Shown here: positions 23,381 to 31,342 of the stretch, piece by piece
Numbering within the stretch: the stretch's first letter is position 1
Layout of the letters: each line of letters starts with the position of its first letter
NCBI GenBank assembly: GCA_025558095.1
Contig: JAIVFI010000040.1
Span: 310,001 to 374,000, forward strand
DNA length: 64,000 bases
DNA from: Hyaloraphidium curvatum SAG 235-1
Taxonomy: Eukaryota > Fungi > Monoblepharomycota
Direction of reading: 5' to 3'
Position numbers and translations under genes: made by a program
The notes under the pieces: model-generated
What the model was told of the DNA's origin: nothing
Databases searched by the model: none
What the model saw: the letters and a program-made list of their open reading frames with translations, nothing else

Positions 23381-24904
23381 TCAACCGGGACAGAAGCTCT
23401 CGAGGGTGAAGAACACGCCGACCCCCTTGAGCAGCGTGTAGAACGCCGCAAGCACCGTGAGCCCCGTCACGACGGCCGTCCGAAGGGCGCCGTAGTCGAC
23501 TACGAACCCGAGATACCGGGCCTGCACCTTGGAGACGTCGGCGAACGAGTCCAGGAGGGCAAGGTGCTCTCCGATCCTGGCGGCGGCGTCCCGGGGCGGG
23601 GAGGGCGAAAGCAGGAGCAGCCGGCGGAGCTCTGTCCGCGCTGCCGCGTAGAGGGATCCTACGGCGGCTACCTCGCGGTTGGCTTCGGCGACGTGGTACA
23701 TGTCCGTCAGGAAGAAAATGAGGTCCAGCAAGATAACGGCTATGGACCACGCGGTGATGCACGATCCGACGGCGACGTTGATCACGAGGTTGACCACTTC
23801 GGAGAGGAGAAAGATGGTGAAGAGGGACTGAGAGGCAGCGGTGGCGGCGAAGATGCCCGGCCACGTGGAAGAGAGGCTGGCGTGAAGGCGGATGTAGAGC
23901 TCCTCTTCAGGGGGTTGGGGGAGGGGGTCTCCGTCTCCAGACGCTTCCAGGATTCCTTGGCACCGGGCGAGCAGCGATCGTAGGGACAGCCTCACCGCAC
24001 GGTTTTGAAGCCGAAAGGTGCCGGGGAAGACGCGTTTAAAGCGCAGCATGATGCCGGACCAGCCCCACAGGAAGATGCCGACGAGCAGCAATAGAGCAAA
24101 GATGCACCAACCCGACGTAAAGAGCTCGTGGCCGAAAGTAACGAAGGCCGTGTAGCAGCGGAAAAAGACGAAGGCGATCCATAAGAGATATTGCCCCGCG
24201 GTCTGCGCGATCCATCTGGCGCCGTAGTCCTTGGGCAGGGGCCCGGCACAAGAAGCGAGGGGACATGGGCAGCGCTGGTCGCCGGAGCGATGGTCCATGA
24301 GCAAGAAGTCAAAGTCGTGCGGGGTCTTTGAACCGGGGACTGGGCGGGGGCTCGGGACGGACGGGGCGTCCTTGCCAATCTCGGCGTCCGCGTCGGCGCG
24401 GCCTAGCCCCACGAGCTCTTGCCAGCGCACGACACCAGCCAAGAAGTTGCCGTCCAGGGTTGCCGGCCGGGCGGCCTTGGGCGATGACCCGACCAGGGCC
24501 GAGCGCTCCCTCCTATGGGTGCTGAGCGCGAAATACAGGAAGGGCAGCCCGAACGAGATGCACAGGGCGACGGTGCCACCGGCCAGTTGCCTGGCACCGA
24601 AGCGGCCGTCATTGAGGCGGAATGATGCGGCTATGAGTCCGCTCGTGGGAATGCTGACGAGGAGCAGCTGGAGCGCAGCCGGCCGGCGGAGGATGGGCCG
24701 TACGGCGTGGTGCAGCCGAAGCATGAGCCGGAGGGCGCGGTGCGGCCGCAGAGTGCGGAGTGCGGCGTCGTACGTCAACGGCGACGCGTCGCGCGCCTCG
24801 GCGGCGGGGTCGGTGTCCGGAGGCAGGAAAACAGCGTCGCCCGGTCCCGGGGGGGAGGGAAGGAGCGCGAGCCACGCGCGTGGCGCAAAGTCGCCCGCGG
24901 CCAT
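23381..24904 (-). CDS. 7-transmembrane protein, candidate 7TMIC (gustatory-receptor-like / DUF3537-like) ion channel
   Basis: Seven hydrophobic segments, long helical linkers between TM4-5 and TM6-7, and a C-terminal ARYLGFVVDYGALRTAVVTGLTVLAAFYTLL. Intronless. Confidence 0.6.
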   Translation of the reverse strand: MAAGDFAPRAWLALLPSPPGPGDAVFLPPDTDPAAEARDASPLTYDAALRTLRPHRALRLMLRLHHAVRPILRRPAALQLLLVSIPTSGLIAASFRLNDGRFGARQLAGGTVALCISFGLPFLYFALSTHRRERSALVGSSPKAARPATLDGNFLAGVVRWQELVGLGRADADAEIGKDAPSVPSPRPVPGSKTPHDFDFLLMDHRSGDQRCPCPLASCAGPLPKDYGARWIAQTAGQYLLWIAFVFFRCYTAFVTFGHELFTSGWCIFALLLLVGIFLWGWSGIMLRFKRVFPGTFRLQNRAVRLSLRSLLARCQGILEASGDGDPLPQPPEEELYIRLHASLSSTWPGIFAATAASQSLFTIFLLSEVVNLVINVAVGSCITAWSIAVILLDLIFFLTDMYHVAEANREVAAVGSLYAAARTELRRLLLLSPSPPRDAAARIGEHLALLDSFADVSKVQARYLGFVVDYGALRTAVVTGLTVLAAFYTLLKGVGVFFTLESFCPG

Positions 24905-25172
24905 CGCAGTGAAGGAAGCGCGGGACGTTCGGGCGTTGATCGCGGGGACAACGGAGAGGCGCAGATCGTCCGCGCACGCGCCGGAACACCGCACCCGAGA
25001 GCATATGGCGAGCGCCTTCCATCGCGGCCGCACCCAGGAGCACGTCAGAGCGTTGAAGATCTCTAGCTTGACGCCACTCAGTCAACATCATGGCGTAACA
25101 CGCGTGGCCTGCCCGCCGTCAGTTGAATTCCGCTCTCTTTGGAGCCATTCTAATCGGCATTCGTGTCCACAG

Positions 25173-25373
25173 GACAAGGAGCGGAAAGCAATCGTCGAGA
25201 ACGTGCTGTCACTGCGCAAACAGGGAACGGATAACGACCTGTGGTTGCTAATCGAGAGGTGTTGGGACGAGGATCCACTCAAGAGACCGAAAGCTCCTGA
25301 GGTGGTGCAGAAGCTCAAGTACATCATTGCGAAGAACAAGCTGGCACGACCGGCGGAGCTGGGAGGAGGCTAG
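25173..25373 (+). pseudogene. orphan terminal exon of a protein kinase (subdomain XI)
   Basis: Branch point CTAAT and acceptor ...TCCACAG at 25172, followed by DKERKAIVE...LWLLIERCWDEDPLKRPKAPEVVQKL*. No upstream kinase exons are adjacent. Confidence 0.65.
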
Positions 25374-25395
25374 GATTCTTTGTTCTCATTGCGAA

Positions 25396-27528
25396 TTACA
25401 GAACCCTGCGCTCGAGCGACCTGATCAGCCCCGTTGCCTCGTCCAGCACCACCCCGAACTCGACCCTCCCTCCCCCGGGCATTCTGACCACCGTTCCCTC
25501 GAACGGATCCTCCAGCGCGTGCCTCTGCATGCCCGGTCCGCCCTTGTTCCCCGGCAGCATCCCCACCAGCTCCGCGATCTGCTCCCTCCCCCTGGCCACC
25601 CCCGCCGGCGAGCGCGGGTCCCACGACCCGTCCTCGGCAAACAGTGCCGCGGCCGCCTGCCCGTCCCTGGCGTCGACGGCGCCCAGGAACCTCGCCAGAG
25701 CCTCGCGCGGCGACCTGCGCGGGGCGTATCCGCGGTGGAACAGCCTCTCGGCCTCGTGCGAGCCGGGCTTGCCGATCCCCGAGGCGTACAACGCGGCGAC
25801 GTCGGGGTTCTCGTGGCTGCGGCGATAACCCGACGCCCGATCGGCGGCGTAGATCCCCTTTGCCCGCTTCTCGAGGATAAGGGGGTCGTCAGACTTGGGC
25901 TCCCCGCCGCCGCCGAGGCACCCGCCCACGCAGGCCATGACCTCGATGAAGGCGAACCGCTTCCAGTCGTCCGTGGAGAGGAGTTCCTGCGCCGCGGCGA
26001 TCCCCGAGCACACGGCGACCTCGCCCAAGCCGTCGACCTTGGCCGACTTGACCCCCTTGCGCACCCCGCGCACGGCGTGGAAATCCAGCGCGCCCAGCTC
26101 GGTCTTGCCGGCGAGGTGGAAAGCCGAGCGCAGCGCGGCCTCCATCACCCCGCCGCTGGCCCCGAAGATGACCGCGGCCCCGGACGACCCGCCCAGGGGC
26201 GAGTCGTACGCGCCGTCGTTGTCCAGCGAGGCGAAGGGGATCCCGCGGGCGCGGATCATGCGCGCCAGCTCGCGGGTGGTGACCACGGCGTCGATGTCCC
26301 CGCGCAGGTCGGGCCGTACGGCCTCGTCCTTCTTGGCCGTACAGGGCATCACCGACACGACAAAGGGCTCCTTGGTGCCGTCGGCAAAGGCGGGGCCGAG
26401 GGAGGACGGGAAGGGACCGCGCTTGGCGAGGGCGCCGAGCATGCCCTGCGGCGATTTGGTAGTCGAGAGGTGCGGCAGCAGGTCGGGACGGTTCAGCTCG
26501 AGGTAGTTGACCCAGCCGGGGCAGCAGCTCGTGAACAGCGGGAGAGTGCCGCCGCTGCCGACGCGCTCGAGAAGCTCGGTGGCCTCTTCCACGATGGTCA
26601 AATCCGCGGCAAAGTTGGTGTCAAAGACGTAGTCGAAGCCCAGCATGCGCAGCGCGTTGACGAGGCGGCCCGTGGAGACGGTGCCCGGTGCCAGCCCAAA
26701 CTCCTCGCCGATGGCGATGCGGGTGGCCGGGGCCGTCTGCACGACCATGATCCGCTCGCGGGCGTCGAGCTCGTGCAGCACGCGGTGCCAGTCCGGCCGC
26801 TCGATGAGGGCGCCGACGGGGCACACGGCCGTGCATTGCCCGCACGAGATGCAGGGCGTCTCGCCCAGCGGGCGGTCAAACACCGTCACGGGCACGGCCG
26901 ACCCGCCGCGCTCGGCGAAGCCGATGGCGAAGATGGCCTGGCCCTCCTCGCCGCAGGCCTGCGCGCACAAGCCGCACTCGATGCACTTGTCGATGTCCCG
27001 CCAGATGGACGGCGACGTGTGGTCCGTCAGGGCGTGCTTCTGGCGCTCGGGGCCGCCGGGCTCGCCGCGGGGCAGCTTGGGCCACCTGTCGTTGAGCTGG
27101 TTCTCCTTGACGAAGGCCTGCAGCTTGCACGCCCCGTCCACCTCGCATTTCTGGCAGTCGTTCGGGTGCCGCGCCAGCAGCAGCTGGGCGTCGGCGCGGC
27201 GGAACGCCTCCAGCTCGGGCGTGTGCGTCCGTATGCTGTCCCCGTCGACGGCCTTCGTCGCGCAAGCGGGCACCAACTTGGAAGAACCCTCGACCTCGAC
27301 GAGGCACATGCGGCAGCGCGCGTGCGGCTCGTAGCGCGGGTGGCGGCAGAACGTCGGCACGCGGCCGCCCGCCGCAGCGACGGCGTCGACGAGCTTTGAG
27401 CCGGCGGGCACCGAGACGGGCCGGCCGTTGACCGTGAGCCGCAGGGATCCCGCGCCGCCGCCCGGAGGCGCCGCCGTCGCAAGCCGACGCGCAGGCTGCG
27501 CCAGGCGCACGAGGCCCCGGGCCAGCAT
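25396..27528 (-). CDS. hydA: [FeFe]-hydrogenase (CpI-like long F-domain) with a predicted mitochondrial presequence and a C-terminal SnoaL/NTF2-like domain
   Basis: H-cluster motifs L1 FTSCCPGW, L2 MPCTAKKDE and L3 EVMACVGGCLGGGG. [2Fe-2S] site (PTFC...CRMCLVE...PAC), His-ligated cluster (HPNDCQKC...CKLQ) and two [4Fe-4S] sites (CIECGLCAQAC; CISCGQCTAVCP). Small-subunit motif RRSHENP. N-terminus MLARGLVRLAQPARRLAT. Intronless, 710 aa. Confidence 0.96.
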   Translation of the reverse strand: MLARGLVRLAQPARRLATAAPPGGGAGSLRLTVNGRPVSVPAGSKLVDAVAAAGGRVPTFCRHPRYEPHARCRMCLVEVEGSSKLVPACATKAVDGDSIRTHTPELEAFRRADAQLLLARHPNDCQKCEVDGACKLQAFVKENQLNDRWPKLPRGEPGGPERQKHALTDHTSPSIWRDIDKCIECGLCAQACGEEGQAIFAIGFAERGGSAVPVTVFDRPLGETPCISCGQCTAVCPVGALIERPDWHRVLHELDARERIMVVQTAPATRIAIGEEFGLAPGTVSTGRLVNALRMLGFDYVFDTNFAADLTIVEEATELLERVGSGGTLPLFTSCCPGWVNYLELNRPDLLPHLSTTKSPQGMLGALAKRGPFPSSLGPAFADGTKEPFVVSVMPCTAKKDEAVRPDLRGDIDAVVTTRELARMIRARGIPFASLDNDGAYDSPLGGSSGAAVIFGASGGVMEAALRSAFHLAGKTELGALDFHAVRGVRKGVKSAKVDGLGEVAVCSGIAAAQELLSTDDWKRFAFIEVMACVGGCLGGGGEPKSDDPLILEKRAKGIYAADRASGYRRSHENPDVAALYASGIGKPGSHEAERLFHRGYAPRRSPREALARFLGAVDARDGQAAAALFAEDGSWDPRSPAGVARGREQIAELVGMLPGNKGGPGMQRHALEDPFEGTVVRMPGGGRVEFGVVLDEATGLIRSLERRVL

Positions 27529-27830
27529 GGTGTTTCGATGTGGAGGAGTTGGCGGTGAGTCGGAGCGCGGTGACTCACAGTGTGTCCCCATCCCCACGTG
27601 AACGTCATTGCCTCCCAGGACGAATCTCGTAAAGAAGAAACAGGGGAAGGCGAGACAAGGCCCATCACGAGTGGGAAGGACTTTTCTTCTAGATGCCAGC
27701 AAACTACGAATCTCTCACTGACGGTCTCATGGAGGATTGCGGCGACTGGGATCGTGGATGATTCTCCAGCGAGCTGGGGCCTCATACGCCCCTAAACTTC
27801 CCTGTTCACACGACACGAACCATCGGCAGC

Positions 27831-29177
27831 ATGCTGGGCAACGAAAAGAACCCCGCATGGAATATCCGCGATGTCGCTGCGGCCTGCAGGGCCCCCGAGG
27901 AGGACTTTGCCGCCCTCTGCGAACGCGCCGCCGAAATCGCGCGCCTGCGGTTCGACGCGCTTCGCTCCCAGGGCAAACGCGCAGCCGCTGGCCGCCTCGC
28001 CGACCGGCTAGCCGGCATCACTCTCGTGGAGAAGAGGGCGCGGGATTACGCGTCATTTCCGGTCGTGCTCCCCGAGCTGCTCCGCGTCGTGGCGCGGTTC
28101 CTCGGGCCCCAAGACCAGCTCTCCCTCGCGCTCGTATCGAGGGAGTCTTACTAGCAAGTCGCACCGCTGATGCTGCGCGAGATTGACTTTGCCAAGGCGA
28201 GCCGGGGGCGGTACCTGAGGATGAAGGCGCTCGGATTGTTGCCTTCGCCAGCGGAAATGTGGCGGACTGCTAGCCCTGCCTACCACCTCTTCAAGGAGTT
28301 CTCCGCCGACAGGGCTCCGCGGCTGCCGCAGAGCAAGTTCTACGTCAGGAAGCTCGTCCTTGGCACCGACCCATTCGACCACTTCAACGTTAGCTACGGC
28401 TCCTTCTCTTTCGGCACAAAGTTCCCATCTGCCTTGACCAGCCTGACGGACCTGACGTTCGCCACGGACTCGAATGGCTGCATGGCCACCTTTGGCGAGG
28501 CCGACCTCTCGATGCTGACGCGGCTCGAGATCCGCTTCTACAAGGAGCAATCCGACTACGTGATCCCCATCAACACCAAGTTCGGCGACCTGCGTGAGCT
28601 GCGGTACAAGGGTTTCCAAGTGCATTCGCTGTTTGCCGCTCTGGAAAGGCAGCGGCAGGACCGCGTGAGGCTGGACATCCAGTTCTTCCCGGAACCCCAC
28701 CGCGAATTCCGGGACGTGTCCGACTGGACCGTGTCTCGGATCGACACCCTTGGCCTATTCAACTTCGAAGACGCCGCAGACATGCTCCGCCGCTGGTCCG
28801 CCCTGCACCCGCGCCGGATCTTTGTCGACCCGCAGGAGGAGTACTGGAACAAGCAGCTCTGCACCCTTTCGTGGGCACACCTGGTCCGCAGGGGCAGCGT
28901 CGAAGAGCTCGATCTGTGGCGGCTGCCGTCGGCCGCGCTCGCTTACGGGTTGCCGCCGAAGCTGAAGCGGCTCAAGGTCGCGAGGCTGGTGCTCTGGCAC
29001 CGGCCGGCGCAGTTCGCGGCGATCGAAAAGGTCCTGTTGGAGAAGCCCGCGGGGTGCGTTTTGGATGTGGGCGAGATCGGAACGGACGAGCGCGCGCTCG
29101 ATGAGGATAGTGACCCCGAGGCATCGATGTGGCGGTGGATGGTCGGGCCGGCGCAAGAGGCTGTTGCGAGCCAGTAG
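27831..29177 (+). pseudogene. F-box-like/LRR-like protein (family B), copy 3, with a premature stop
   Basis: VLPELLRVVARFLGPQDQLSLALVSRESY*QVAPLM. The in-frame TAG at 28152-28154 sits where the paralogs have I or L. The rest of the frame is open to 29177 (DPEASMWRWMVGPA). Confidence 0.78.
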
Positions 29178-29309
29178 CAGAAATGACACGATGCGAACCA
29201 ACATTCGACGATGCTCGTTAGCGAGTCGCAAGGCATGGCTGTGCACAATCGGGTCGAGAGTTGTTGCGAGGCCGCTTCGATTGCCGCAACATTTCCGCAC
29301 CTTCAAATC

Positions 29310-30744
29310 ATGGACGTTGCAATCATAGGAGGCACGTGGAACTCATCGGTACCGGCACATCTGCAACTGATCTGCTTGCGGACGCGTCGCAGGGTCGATC
29401 AGCGGGCTCACCGCCGGAATGTCGGTGTCGCAGCGTGTCTGCCTCCCACCCAATGCCTAACGCGTCCTTTCTCCAGTTCCCTCCTCCGCGGCCTCCAATC
29501 GCCAAATGTCACGATCTACGAGCGCTCTTCGTCTTCTTTGTCGGAGCGCGGCGTCGGACTGGCCGTGGTCCCCGCGATGTTCGGCGAGCTCTCCGGAGAT
29601 CCGTCGTGTCGCACGCTGCGGCACGTCCCTTGCAACGGCACGGTGGTCATCGCGGACGGAAAAGGCGGACTCGTCAAGGCCGCAATGCCCCAGGTCGCGT
29701 TCGTCTCGTACGATTCATTGATGTCAGGTGGGGAGGACGCCGTCCCGTGCCGAACAGTCTGAACGGGACCGCTCGCAGCGCTACTCCCGGCTTTCCGGGA
29801 TCTCGGTGGCAAATACATTCCCGGCAAACGCTTCGTCTCCATCGAAACCTCGGGATCCTCCAAGGTCGCCATTCAATTCGCCGACGGGTCTGCCGTCGAA
29901 GCCGACCTGGTTTGCGGTTGCGACGGCTCCAACAGCGAGGTGCGGAACCAGCTGCTGAAGCTTTCCCCTCCCAAGGCAGCCGAAAGCATGCAGTTCGACG
30001 GGCTGGTCGGCGTGAGGGGGGTTCTGGAGACCGCGTCGCTGCCCGAGGGCGTCCTCGAGAGCATGTTGCCCAGCTTGGAGGGAAAAACGGCCTACAACAT
30101 TATCTACGATCCCGTGGAGCTGATGAACTTTGTGAGTTCCTTTTGTCGCACGTGGAAGGACTGCGAGAGCTGACGAATCGTTCCAGGTCGCGTACCTCAT
30201 CCCCTCGCACTCCAGCAAGCCCGGCGGCCCTCCCCGCCTCAACTTCGGCTTTTACATGCCCTGCTCCCCCGACCTGCTGGATAGCCTGCTCACCGACAAG
30301 CAAGGCCGGAAACAGGAGAGCATACCGCAGGGAGGCGCCAGCGCGGAAACGACACGCTCGATTTTGGACTTTACCCGGTCTTCGGCGCTAGCGGATCACC
30401 CGCAGGTCATTCGGATGGCCGAGATGCTGGCGGAGGGCAGCGGATTCCTGCTCACGCCGATCAAGAGCTTCAGGCCGCCCGCGATGGCCTGGCCCGACTG
30501 CAGGACCTTCCTCCTGGGGGATGCCGCCGCGGTGGCGAGCCCCATGACAGCGTCGGGCTTCGCACGGGCCTATGCAGATGCCAAGGCGCTTGTCGAGGCG
30601 TTAAGGGGCGGGACTTCAGTTGCCGAGGCGCTCCGGGAAGCCGAGGGGAAGAGGCTGCCGGAGCTCAGGGCGATCGTGGAGTCGGGCAGGCGGAGGGAGC
30701 CGTTGCTGCGGCAGGTCGAGCAGCTCAAGAAGCTGATTGCGTAG
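29310..30744 (+). CDS. FAD-dependent monooxygenase (aromatic-hydroxylase class A, DHPH-like)
   Basis: MDVAIIGG|SISGLTAG, TIYERS, DLVCGCDGSNSEVR and FLLGDAAAVASPMTASG. Introns at 29332-29392 (GC-AG), 29421-29476, 29728-29778 and about 30132-30187. Confidence 0.88.
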
Positions 30745-30764
30745 CCCGGTGGCTTCATCGAATG

Positions 30765-30990
30765 CGAAGATAAATCGCCTACAGAAGAGCAAGTTGCAGG
30801 GGTGCGAGCTAGACATTCGCAAGTTCACCCACGGGGAGGATCGCGACGGGGCTTTTGAGGAAGAGGGTCTGGACGAACATACGGACCTGGAGGCGTCCTC
30901 GTGGAGGTTGCTGATCTGACCAGCGCGGAAGCGTGAAGCGATTACTGCGGGTTCCGCGACCGTTGGAAGCTGGTGGATGAATCGCCGAAA
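30765..30990 (+). pseudogene. 3' relic of F-box-like family B
   Basis: KLQGCELDIRKF...EDRDG...LDEHTDLEASSWRLLI*PARK matches the copy 1/2 C-terminus (KPQGCVLDI...EYRDG...LDEDTDPEASVWRLLVGPAR). The Gly codon has become TGA. Confidence 0.75.
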
Positions 30991-31342
30991 ACTCGCTTCG
31001 TGAGCTCTTGATAGTTCAGAGTTGCCCTTTGCCTCGTCGAATCTTTGCCTCGTCCAGACTGTTCAACCTTGTGCCAAGCTTTTGCCACGAACTTGCCACT
31101 TCTGGGGGCTCCCGAGGCACCTCGCCCCGACGAACGTCTATCACTCCTTCGAACTGTCCACCGGCCGCCACCTGGTCGACAGCCTGACCGGCAAGGTCCA
31201 CCAGCTCGTCTCTGCGGGGGCGCCCGCCGTCTTGGTCATCTCCGCCGAGTCAGACGCGAACTGGCCCCGCCTTTCGCATTCGAGCGGAGCTAATGGCTGA
31301 AGTCGCGAAGGAGGACGCGAGGCAGCGCTTCGGTCCGGAAAT

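Noticed and set aside
25396-27528. Possibility that the hydrogenase is only Nar1/NARF (CIA pathway)
   Set aside because: It has the full TSCCPGW and MPCxxKKxE motifs and a four-cluster F-domain, which Nar1 lacks.
28152-28154. In-frame TAG aligned to Leu/Ile, suggesting TAG reassignment or readthrough
   Set aside because: TAG is the evident terminator of several intact genes here (4637, 5583, 17372, 23278, 56487). A nonsense mutation in a redundant paralog is simpler.
31016-31300. Coding-like ORF upstream of the BVMO
   Set aside because: No ATG, no recognisable motif and no convincing splice link. It may be a relic but is unsupported.
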